A DNA stretch of 64,000 bases from contig JAZKBR010000007.1 of the NCBI GenBank assembly GCA_040388535.1, positions 4,862 through 68,861 of the forward strand, read 5' to 3'. Positions 34,728 to 42,673 of this stretch are shown piece after piece (the stretch's first letter is position 1; each line of letters begins with the position of its first letter). The notes under the pieces were generated by a model. It saw only the letters and a program-made list of their open reading frames with translations, did no database searches and had not been told where the DNA came from. The DNA comes from Gemmatimonadota bacterium. GTDB lineage: Bacteria; Gemmatimonadota; Gemmatimonadetes; Gemmatimonadales; GWC2-71-9. The translations under genes and the position numbers were made by a program.

Positions 34728-35567
34728 GTGAAGTTCCGCCCGCTGCTGCTCTCAACCCTGCTCGCCGGACTCCCGGCCCTGGCGTCTGCCCAGTCAGGGA
34801 CTGTCCGCTACGACGAGACGATCCCGCTCGATTTCAAGCTGCCGCCCAACAGCCCGATGGCCGGCCGTCTGCCAAAGTCCTCGACCAAGCCGATGCAGCT
34901 GACCTTTTCTCCTGAGGCCGCACTCTTCGCCCTGGCGCCGCGGATCGACGGCCCTCCAGGCGCGGCAGGCGAGACCAGAGTCATGACGGCTGGCCCGGGT
35001 AACGCCGTGTTCATGGGTGGCGGTGGCCCTCCGGGCCAGGCGATGGAAATTCGCCGGGACGGCGAGATGGCGATGGGCGCGCCCGGCATGTTCACGTTCG
35101 GAGGCCCTGGTGGCCCCGGTGCCGGCACGGTGGCTGGCGCCTATACCAACCTCGCCGATGGTAGCTACATCGAAGTTCGGGAGTTCCTCGGCCGCAGCTT
35201 CCGGATCCCGGAAGCGCGCCCGACCTTCAACTGGAAGCTCACCGGCGAGCAGGCCACCTTCCTCGGTCACCCGGTCCTGCAGGCCAAGGCCAAGGTCGAC
35301 AGCACCACGCTCGAGGCCTGGTTCGCCCCCGATATCCCGGTCTCCGCCGGGCCGGCCCAGTACGGCGGCCTGCCGGGACTGATCCTGACCCTCACGGTCG
35401 ATTCGAACAAGGTCGTCTACACGGCCACTGCGATCGACATCAAGACCGCGATTGCACCGATCAAGGCGCCATCGGAGGGCAGCAAGGTGACCCGCGCCGA
35501 GTTCGACAAGATCGTCAAGGAGAAGATGGACGAGATGTCGAAGGGCCGTCGTGGGCGGGGGAACTGA
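34728..35567 (+). CDS. GLPGLI-family secreted protein
   Basis: GTG at 34728 follows AGGAG. Signal peptide KFRPLLLSTLLAGLPALASAQ. The literal family motif appears in QYGGLPGLILTLTV. Confidence 0.8.
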   Translation: MKFRPLLLSTLLAGLPALASAQSGTVRYDETIPLDFKLPPNSPMAGRLPKSSTKPMQLTFSPEAALFALAPRIDGPPGAAGETRVMTAGPGNAVFMGGGGPPGQAMEIRRDGEMAMGAPGMFTFGGPGGPGAGTVAGAYTNLADGSYIEVREFLGRSFRIPEARPTFNWKLTGEQATFLGHPVLQAKAKVDSTTLEAWFAPDIPVSAGPAQYGGLPGLILTLTVDSNKVVYTATAIDIKTAIAPIKAPSEGSKVTRAEFDKIVKEKMDEMSKGRRGRGN

Positions 35568-35570
35568 TTA

Positions 35571-38327
35571 ATGAAGCGTTTCCTTGTTCGCACCGCGCTG
35601 GTAGCCACGCTTGCGGCGCCTGCCACCCTCGCCGCGCAGCAGTACAGCGTCAAGGGCGTCGTCGTCGATTCGAACCGGGCCCTGAAGGCCGGGGCGATGG
35701 TCGTCGCACTGACGCGCACCGACTCCACGATCGCGACTTTCTCCACCACTGGTTCGACCGGTCGCTTCGAGCTCGCGCGGCTCAAGCCGGGGAATTACAT
35801 CCTCCAGGTGACCGCGATCGGCTTCCGGCCGGTGAAGCGTGACTTCACCATCACCAATACCGGCATCACGGCCGACACCGTGGTGATGCAGGCGGCGCCG
35901 GTCAAGCTGAATGAGCTGGTCGCCACGGCCGAGCACGTGCCGATCGTCAACAAGCCGGACACGCTCGAGTACAACGCCGAGGCGTTCAAGACTCGCGTCA
36001 ACGCTCCCGTCGAGGAGCTGCTCAAGCGCTTGCCCGGAATGACGGTCGAGAGCGACGGCACCATCAAGGCGCAGGGCCAGACGGTACAGAAGGTCCTGGT
36101 CGACGGCAAGGAGTTCTTCGGCAACGACCCGAAGATGGCGACGAAGAACATTGCCGCCGCGGCCATCGACAAGGTGCAGGTCCTCGACAAGAAGTCGGAT
36201 GCCGCTGAATTCTCGGGCATCGACGACGGCAACCAGCAGAAGACGATCAACCTGGTGCTCAAGCCGAACGCCCGCGTGGGCTACTTCGGTCGCTCGGTCG
36301 CCGGGGTCGGTCCCGCGCCTGAAGGCAGCGACGGAGCGTTTGCCGGCTCCAAGGGAGATAATGCTCGCTACACCGGCCTGCTCAACCTCAATCGCTTCTC
36401 GCCGACGACGCAGCTCTCGCTGATCGCGAACCGCAACAATACCGGCAACTCCGGCTTCACGTTCGGACCGGTATCCGATGTCGGTCGCGGCAGCAGCGGC
36501 GGCGGCAGTGGCGGTGGATTCAGCGAGACCATGGCGATCGGCCTCAATGGCTCACAGCAGTTCGGCAAGGACAGCTGGCTCCGTGGCAGCTACTTCCTGA
36601 GCACCAGCGACAACCGGCGGCAGAGCGTCACCGACGAACAGCTGCTGCAGGGTGCCAGCGTTTCGGCGAACCGGAGCGAGACCGCGAACAGCAGTTCGAA
36701 CAGCCAGTCTCACCGCGTCAACCTGAACGCCCAGAAGTCGTTCAGCACCTGGAGCCAACTCCGCTTCCGCGGCAACTTCTTCGGCGGCCCGAGCAATTCG
36801 GACAACCTCTCGCAGCAGACGACGCTGCTGCCGAATGGCGCCTTCCAGAACAGCGCCACGTCAGCCGTGTCGACCGATGCCGACAACCTTGGCGGCGATG
36901 GCCGGGTGACGTACTCGCGTCGTTTCAACCAGGCTGGGCGGACGCTGGTGGCGGAGGCATGGGGTGACCTCAGCAAGCCCAAGCAGCTCTCCAATCTGAA
37001 CTCGAACACCGACCTCACGGATGGTGCTGGCGGGATCACCGAGCGCGACGTGTTGCAGTCGCAGCGGCGAAACAGCCGGACCTTCACGACCGGACAGCGC
37101 CTCGGGCTCACGAACCCGCTGGACAAGCGCGGCACGGTGCTCGAGCTGTTCGGGCAGCATCGCGCGATCTCCGAGACCCAGAACTACGTCGTGAACGACA
37201 TCGTCGGCGGCACGCAGGTACTGAATACCGACCTGAGCCAGGCGTTCGACCGGACCTATTCGTATCTCAACGGCGGAACGCGCCTCAGCCGCAACACCAA
37301 GTCGCTGCGGTGGGTGCTCGGCCTTGAGGCCCAGAAGTCCGATCTCGAAGGGAAGATCATCAATCGGAACGAGTCGATCTCCAACGGCTTCACGAACCTG
37401 CTGCCGTCGGCGAACTTCCGTTACCAGGTCAATACGGGAAGCAATTTCTCGGTCAACTACCGGACCTCGACGCGCGACCCGTCGCTCAGTGAACTGCAGC
37501 CGTTCGTCGACAACACCAACCCGCTCCGGACCTACGCGGGTAACCCGGACCTGACCCCGCAGTACCAGCATTCGCTGCGGACCGAGTTCCGTCGCTTCGA
37601 CCAGTTCTCGTTCCGGAGCATCTACCTCTTCGCGAACATGGGTTACAACCGGAACCAGATCGTCAACTCGCGCGACATCGACGCCCAGGGTCGTCAGACC
37701 GTGAAGCCGATCAACCTCGGCGACGGCTGGAACAGCAACCTCGGCGGCAGCTATGGCTCGCCGATCCGTGCCCTCGGGCTGCAGGCCGACCTCGACTACA
37801 GCTACAACCGGACGAGCGGCTCGGAACTGGTGAATCAGGTCGAGAATGTCAGCCACACCGGCAATCACAGCATCGGGTTCCGCCTGCAGAATCGCTCGAA
37901 GCAGATCTTCGACATCAGCGCGGGCGCCAACCTGGATTTCAACTCGGTGAAGTACTCCATCAACACCGCGCTGAACCAGAAGTACGTCAACAAGAACTTC
38001 TCTGGCAACGCTACCTGGTATGTGAGCGAGGCGATCTCGGCCAACGCGAGCGCGAACTACACAGTCTATGACCAGAAGATCTTCGGCCCGCGCGACAACA
38101 TCTTCCTGCTCGGGGCGTCGTTCGGCTACCAGTTCATGGATAACCGGGCCGAACTCCGGATCTCGGGGAGCGACCTGCTGAACCAGAACAACGGTTTCTC
38201 GATCACGAGCAGCACCAGCTCGATCCGTGAGTCGCGTACGGCAACGCTTGGGCGCCAGGTGATGCTGCAGGCCAGCTATCAGCTCGGCTCCAACCTTTCG
38301 CCGGCGCGCACTGAACGCCGACGGTAG
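35571..38327 (+). CDS. outer-membrane beta-barrel protein with N-terminal CarboxypepD_reg domain and plug-like region (TonB-dependent-receptor-like)
   Basis: 918 aa with a signal peptide. VKGVVVDSNRALKAGAMVVAL...GRFELARLKPGNYILQVTAIGF is the CarboxypepD_reg pattern; VEELLKRLPGMTVESDG is plug-like. The long barrel ends in ...SYQLGSNL before a basic tail. Confidence 0.85.
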   Translation: MKRFLVRTALVATLAAPATLAAQQYSVKGVVVDSNRALKAGAMVVALTRTDSTIATFSTTGSTGRFELARLKPGNYILQVTAIGFRPVKRDFTITNTGITADTVVMQAAPVKLNELVATAEHVPIVNKPDTLEYNAEAFKTRVNAPVEELLKRLPGMTVESDGTIKAQGQTVQKVLVDGKEFFGNDPKMATKNIAAAAIDKVQVLDKKSDAAEFSGIDDGNQQKTINLVLKPNARVGYFGRSVAGVGPAPEGSDGAFAGSKGDNARYTGLLNLNRFSPTTQLSLIANRNNTGNSGFTFGPVSDVGRGSSGGGSGGGFSETMAIGLNGSQQFGKDSWLRGSYFLSTSDNRRQSVTDEQLLQGASVSANRSETANSSSNSQSHRVNLNAQKSFSTWSQLRFRGNFFGGPSNSDNLSQQTTLLPNGAFQNSATSAVSTDADNLGGDGRVTYSRRFNQAGRTLVAEAWGDLSKPKQLSNLNSNTDLTDGAGGITERDVLQSQRRNSRTFTTGQRLGLTNPLDKRGTVLELFGQHRAISETQNYVVNDIVGGTQVLNTDLSQAFDRTYSYLNGGTRLSRNTKSLRWVLGLEAQKSDLEGKIINRNESISNGFTNLLPSANFRYQVNTGSNFSVNYRTSTRDPSLSELQPFVDNTNPLRTYAGNPDLTPQYQHSLRTEFRRFDQFSFRSIYLFANMGYNRNQIVNSRDIDAQGRQTVKPINLGDGWNSNLGGSYGSPIRALGLQADLDYSYNRTSGSELVNQVENVSHTGNHSIGFRLQNRSKQIFDISAGANLDFNSVKYSINTALNQKYVNKNFSGNATWYVSEAISANASANYTVYDQKIFGPRDNIFLLGASFGYQFMDNRAELRISGSDLLNQNNGFSITSSTSSIRESRTATLGRQVMLQASYQLGSNLSPARTERRR

Positions 38328-38430
38328 TTCTTCGGAGTTGGGGTAACACTCAGGCCGCGCTGGCCATTGCCAGCGCGGCCTGTGTGTTTTCCAGCCCGAA
38401 TGGGGGCCGGATGCCCGCCGCGGGAGGCTA

Positions 38431-38465
38431 TTGACACGAATCGTCCCATTAGTCATACTATGACT
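38431..38465 (+). promoter_or_regulatory. promoter TTGACA-17-CATACT ending 6 nt before ATG 38466, overlapped by the palindrome AGTCATA-C-TATGACT (38451-38465)
   Basis: Read directly. No SD. Confidence 0.5.
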
Positions 38466-39086
38466 ATGGCATTCAGGCATCCCAGCACCCTCTCGCCGCT
38501 CGCCCTCGTCGTCCTTGCGCTCCTCGACGAGGCCCCGATGTACCCCTACCGGATGCAGCAGCTGATCCGGGAGCGCGGTAATGACCAGCTCGTCAACATC
38601 CGCAACCGCGCGAGCCTCTACCAGACCATTACTCGCCTCGACCGCGATGGCCTGATCGAGGTTCAGGGCGTCGCGAAGACGGAGCACCGGCCAGAGCGGA
38701 CCACCTATCAGCTCACCGAACTCGGGCGAACGACGCTGCACTCCTGGTTGCGGGAAATGCTGGGCACCAGGGCCGCCGAGTTTCCGGAGTTCCCGGTGGC
38801 GCTCTCCTTCGTGTACCTGCTAGAGCCGGAGGTGGCGCTGGAGGAACTCACGCGGCGGCGCGCTGCCCTGGAAGCCGCACAGCTCCGGTTGGCCGGCATG
38901 CTCGCCGAGCATTCCGGCGCGGTGCCGCGACTTTTTCTGCTCGAATCGGAATACCTGAACGCGATCGCGGAGGCCGAACTCGCCTGGTTGCGCGGGATTG
39001 CCGCCGATCTCGGGACGGGTCGTCTCGGCTGGAATACCGCGGCGATTCGCGCCCAGTATGCAGACACGGGAGAATCAGGGTCATGA
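38460..39086 (+). CDS. PadR-family transcriptional regulator
   Basis: LALVVLALLDEAPMYPYRMQQLI ... TTYQLTELGRTTL is a PadR wHTH. The start is ATG 38460 or, if leaderless, 38466. The track ORF has a spurious 31-codon extension. Confidence 0.85.
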   Translation: MTMAFRHPSTLSPLALVVLALLDEAPMYPYRMQQLIRERGNDQLVNIRNRASLYQTITRLDRDGLIEVQGVAKTEHRPERTTYQLTELGRTTLHSWLREMLGTRAAEFPEFPVALSFVYLLEPEVALEELTRRRAALEAAQLRLAGMLAEHSGAVPRLFLLESEYLNAIAEAELAWLRGIAADLGTGRLGWNTAAIRAQYADTGESGS

Positions 39087-40117
39087 CGATTCGTCGCATC
39101 GGGCCGGCACTGGCCCTGCTCATCATCTCGCCCCTCATTGCAGAGTTCCTGCTCGGCGATTTCAATATCCGGCAGATTGCCTTCGCGCTGGTCTTCGTCC
39201 CGCAGTATGGCGGCGGTGCGTTGCTGGCGCGCGAAGTCACGCGACGCACCAATCGCGGCTGGCCGACGATGCTGTTGCTGGCGCTGGTTTTCGCCCTGAT
39301 CACCGAGGGGTTTACCAACCAGACTCTCTTCAACCCGAACTACGCCGGTCAGCATCTTCTCGCGTACGGCTTCATCCCTGCGCTCGGCACTTCGCTCCAT
39401 TTCACGACCTATCTGCTCACGCTTCATGTGGTTTGGAGCCTGGGCAGCTCGATCGCCATCGCCGAGGGGCTCGCCGGGGCGCGCTGGCGCGAACCCTGGC
39501 TTCGTCTCCCTGGCCTGCTCGTCTGCAGCTTCCTCTTCCTGATCGGCTGCGCAATGACCACCAGCTTCACCCTGCGCACTTTTCACTTCGTGGCTTCGGT
39601 GGGTCAGTTCGCCGCGGTTGGTGTGTGCATCCTGCTGGCCACGGCGGTCGCCTTCCTCGGCTTCCGTTCCAGTGACGATCCCTCAGCGACCTCGACGAGT
39701 CGGTTACCATCCGCCGGTGTGGTCCTGGTCGCATCACTGCTGCTCTGTTCGGCGTTCCAGTTCTGGTTCGGCTACGCACCGCGCCACGGTGTGAACGCCG
39801 CTTTCGCGCTGCTGAGCCTCATCGGTATCGTGGCATGCTCGCTGGCTCTTTTCGGGAAGTGGTCGCGTCGAGCCGGATGGGGGCCGACCTCTGTGCTCGC
39901 AGCGTCGATGGGCGCCGTTCTCACCTACGGCTGGCTCAGCCTGCGACGATTCATCGTCTCCGGCGGCACCTCGCTGGGTGTACCGACAACTCCGATCGAT
40001 GTCGTCGGTCAGGTTTGTCTGCTGTTCCTGATGCTCGGCCTGGGCTACATCGGCTGGCGGCGGTTGCCGGCGGCTAGATCATCCGGGCGCGAACATTTCG
40101 CGAACGAAACCACCTAG
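39083..40117 (+). CDS. polytopic membrane protein, hypothetical (coupled to padR)
   Basis: 344 aa, about 9 TM segments, ATGA overlap with the padR stop. Confidence 0.7.
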   Translation: MTIRRIGPALALLIISPLIAEFLLGDFNIRQIAFALVFVPQYGGGALLAREVTRRTNRGWPTMLLLALVFALITEGFTNQTLFNPNYAGQHLLAYGFIPALGTSLHFTTYLLTLHVVWSLGSSIAIAEGLAGARWREPWLRLPGLLVCSFLFLIGCAMTTSFTLRTFHFVASVGQFAAVGVCILLATAVAFLGFRSSDDPSATSTSRLPSAGVVLVASLLLCSAFQFWFGYAPRHGVNAAFALLSLIGIVACSLALFGKWSRRAGWGPTSVLAASMGAVLTYGWLSLRRFIVSGGTSLGVPTTPIDVVGQVCLLFLMLGLGYIGWRRLPAARSSGREHFANETT

Positions 40118-40131
40118 CTCGGACCCCGAGC
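40117..40131. terminator. hairpin GCTCGG-acc-CCGAGC between convergent genes
   Basis: Read directly; overlaps the TAG stop at 40115-40117. Confidence 0.25.
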
Positions 40132-40154
40132 ACGCCCGCGAGCGGAAACCCCCG

Positions 40155-40589
40155 TTACCGTATCAGGACGACCAGGAGCGCTCCGAGGGCGGCGCCCGCA
40201 CCGATCGACAAGACGTACCCTTTGGTCGTGCAGCCAACGAACCGGTTGCTGACATCCTTGATATCGTTGGCGATCCAGGTGCAGATGCCAGCGCCTGCGG
40301 CACCGCCAATGAGCGCGCCGAGGAGCAGGCGACCGGCCGACACGGGAGCAGCGGCGCGGGCATGGCTCGCCCTGTTGGCGAACCCGGGCGCAACAGGGGT
40401 TGCACTTCCTTCGGTGGTTCCCCGAATGCGCTCTGCCGCGGGGAGTCCCACGGGAAGTGCGAGACGGAGTGGCGTCAGGCCGACCTGGTGGCCGAGCGCC
40501 GTTGGCGGTGCCTGAGCGATGACTCGCGGCGTCGCGACAAGCGATGCCATGGCGACGAGAAGGGCCATTCGCCCGATGAGCAATTTCAT
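40155..40589 (-). CDS. secreted / membrane glycine-zipper protein, hypothetical
   Basis: ATG at 40589 follows GGGAGG. Signal peptide MKLLIGRMALLVAMASLVA and a C-terminal Gly-zipper (LIGGAAGAGI ... IGAGAALGALLVVL). Confidence 0.6.
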   Translation of the reverse strand: MKLLIGRMALLVAMASLVATPRVIAQAPPTALGHQVGLTPLRLALPVGLPAAERIRGTTEGSATPVAPGFANRASHARAAAPVSAGRLLLGALIGGAAGAGICTWIANDIKDVSNRFVGCTTKGYVLSIGAGAALGALLVVLIR

Positions 40590-40599
40590 ACAACCTCCC

Positions 40600-41142
40600 T
40601 CAGCGAGCCGAAAGCCGGCTAACGGCGCCGGTCCGGCTGAATTCGTGGGCATCGGCGATCAGGTCAGTGTAGCCCCTTACGCCGTAGACCAGCGCCAGGT
40701 GTCCAGCGGGATCGGCAAAGAGGTATCCCACAGTCGCGCTGTCGGTTGACCGGAGCACGCGCGAGCGACGGGTTGCGGTGCGCAGCCAGAGCGTATCTCC
40801 ACCGCGATACTGCACTGTGAACCCCGCAGCGATGAGGGAGTCCATCGCCGTGCCGATATGGTACGAGAGGTCATCGAGGGCAGTGGCGAGGCCCGCGTCG
40901 GCCGTGAGCGAGTCGTTGGAGACCACGGGGTAGAAGGCAATGAGCGTCGGGCCGTCGACCGCCACCCACGCCGAGTCCGGGACATTCCGGAAGCTTGAGT
41001 CGACGGACGTGCTGGCCACTAGCGTATCCTGGCTGCGGACCGCGCGGCTGGTGCCCTCGCACCCGGCCACGCACACCAGCGCGACCAGGACAACGGTGTG
41101 CTTCAGGAAGTACCTCTGTCGTTCCGGCCGCCGGGGGATCAT
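40600..41142 (-). CDS. hypothetical lipoprotein
   Basis: 180 aa with lipobox CVAGC. Confidence 0.6.
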   Translation of the reverse strand: MIPRRPERQRYFLKHTVVLVALVCVAGCEGTSRAVRSQDTLVASTSVDSSFRNVPDSAWVAVDGPTLIAFYPVVSNDSLTADAGLATALDDLSYHIGTAMDSLIAAGFTVQYRGGDTLWLRTATRRSRVLRSTDSATVGYLFADPAGHLALVYGVRGYTDLIADAHEFSRTGAVSRLSAR

Positions 41143-41144
41143 GT

Positions 41145-41669
41145 CTATCGTCGCGTCAGGGTGACTCGCGCGAACGGCTTGAGCACCCCGACACTGTCAT
41201 TGTCCATATGCCACTCCCAGGCATCCTTCGCGCGCCGATAGACGAAGGTGGTGTGGAAGCTCGGCTTCCCGGCATCGAGAAAGAGGAACGGGAGCGAGTC
41301 CCCTGCAACCGCGCCCCGGCCGGTGCCCTCGGGAGGAAATGCTGCGGCAGCGGTGTTGTCCATCCAGAGGCAGGCGTATTCGCCGGACTTGGGATCCCGG
41401 CCGAAGATCACCACGGCCTCATATGCTGGCGTGCCGTTGGCGGTGCGCTCACGGGACACCTCGTGCATCTGCACGTATTCGCGACCGAGCATCCACGCGA
41501 AGGTCACGTCGTGGACCGTAGCCTGACGCGCGATGGTGCCCCTGAGAACCCACCGCCCGATGAGTCGCGGGAAAAGCGAGTCGGGATGGAGCGCCTGTGC
41601 GGAGAGGCCAGCCGGCGTACCGAGGATTGCAAGAACACACATCAGATGCTTGAGCACGTGCCACCTCAT
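41145..41669 (-). CDS. secreted hypothetical protein (possibly DUF1579-like, unverified)
   Basis: ATG at 41669. Signal peptide MRWHVLKHLMCVLAILGTPAGLSAQ. Confidence 0.55.
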   Translation of the reverse strand: MRWHVLKHLMCVLAILGTPAGLSAQALHPDSLFPRLIGRWVLRGTIARQATVHDVTFAWMLGREYVQMHEVSRERTANGTPAYEAVVIFGRDPKSGEYACLWMDNTAAAAFPPEGTGRGAVAGDSLPFLFLDAGKPSFHTTFVYRRAKDAWEWHMDNDSVGVLKPFARVTLTRR

Positions 41670-41698
41670 AGCGGACTCGTCGACATTACCGGGATTGT

Positions 41699-42202
41699 CT
41701 AGGTGACACCAGCCCGCCAGTACCTGGCTTGGGCCAGCCACGCAGCGCCGATCACTCCGCAGAGAATGCAAGCGAGATGGAGCGCCGGCAAGGCGACGGC
41801 ACCGTAGAGTGGATTTGCCTGGGTCAGTGGCCTGAAGGGGCGGATGTCCGCGTGCATGATGCCGTCGAGCAGCGAGTGCAGCAGCCCGCCCATGAGTCCA
41901 CCCCAGAGCGATGGCCGGAGGTGGAACTCATACTGCAGCACGCTGCCGGCGCGCGCGACCGTGCTGCCAAAGCAGCGGCGCCCGACGATGCTGTTCCCCG
42001 CTCCAACCACTACGCCGACAACGCCGCCCACCAGAAAGGTGTGCAGGGTCCGATGCACCGGCACCTGCCCCGAGAACAGGTAGTACCCCGATTCGAGGTC
42101 GATGACGACTTGCGTCGCAGCATACGCCGCAAATGAAAAGCGACTCGGCGCGACAGCCTTGATCAGCAGGCCCGGACCGAAGTGGTATGGGGTGAATGGC
42201 AG
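41699..42202 (-). CDS. membrane-associated metal-dependent-hydrolase-like protein (DUF4184/YdjM-like, unverified); start codon non-canonical or unresolved
   Basis: The reading frame is open upstream of the track start (GTG 42064) and encodes LPFTPYHFGPGLLIKAVAPSRFSFAAYAATQVVIDLESGYYLF. No ATG, GTG or TTG lies in that stretch. CTG at 42202 sits 8 nt after GGGAGAG. Confidence 0.5.
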   Translation of the reverse strand: MPFTPYHFGPGLLIKAVAPSRFSFAAYAATQVVIDLESGYYLFSGQVPVHRTLHTFLVGGVVGVVVGAGNSIVGRRCFGSTVARAGSVLQYEFHLRPSLWGGLMGGLLHSLLDGIMHADIRPFRPLTQANPLYGAVALPALHLACILCGVIGAAWLAQARYWRAGVT

Positions 42203-42204
42203 TG

Positions 42205-42639
42205 TCAGTTCTCTCCCGGCCCTGACTCGGCCAGCGCAAACGAAATCTCCTGCGCCCCCTCCCAGAGCAACCTGCGGCCCACCCCGGCGAGGCCTTCTCC
42301 CGAATCAACGATCGTCAGAAAATGGTTCCCGGCGAGTTGGCCAACTTTGCTCGAGAACGAAGTCTGTCCGTACGGCACCAGCAGCTCCGCCTCGCTCACT
42401 CCCGGCGGGTGCCAGAGGACCTGGCCCGCGGTCGGGTGACTCGTGGCGTTTTCGCTGGGGACGCCGAGATCGTAGTCGCCGAGCGGAATCCAGCCGGCTT
42501 CCCCGCTCCACCGCGCCTGAACCAGTTGGCCTGCGAAGGGAAGGCGAGCGAGGAACGCGGCGGCCGTCCGTGGCGCGCGTTCGGATTCGAGCACGGCTGC
42601 GAATGAGTGGGAGCCGATGCGAACCGTAAGGAATGTCAT
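42205..42639 (-). CDS. cyclophilin-like-fold protein (DUF3830-like, unverified)
   Basis: 144 aa (RIGSHSFAAVLESERAPRTAAAFLARLPF...ARWSGEAGWIPLG). Confidence 0.6.
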   Translation of the reverse strand: MTFLTVRIGSHSFAAVLESERAPRTAAAFLARLPFAGQLVQARWSGEAGWIPLGDYDLGVPSENATSHPTAGQVLWHPPGVSEAELLVPYGQTSFSSKVGQLAGNHFLTIVDSGEGLAGVGRRLLWEGAQEISFALAESGPGEN

Positions 42640-42673
42640 CGCGGGTTCCTGTCAAAGTGGCGATGCGCCAGGT

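Noticed and set aside
36861-38741. 626-aa minus-strand ORF
   Set aside because: It is antisense to the OM barrel gene and to padR and has low-complexity Arg/Val/Gly-rich content, so it is a shadow ORF. The same reasoning applies to 47674..49011 (+), 25404..26255 (+), 26611..28014 (+) and 38708..39586 (-).
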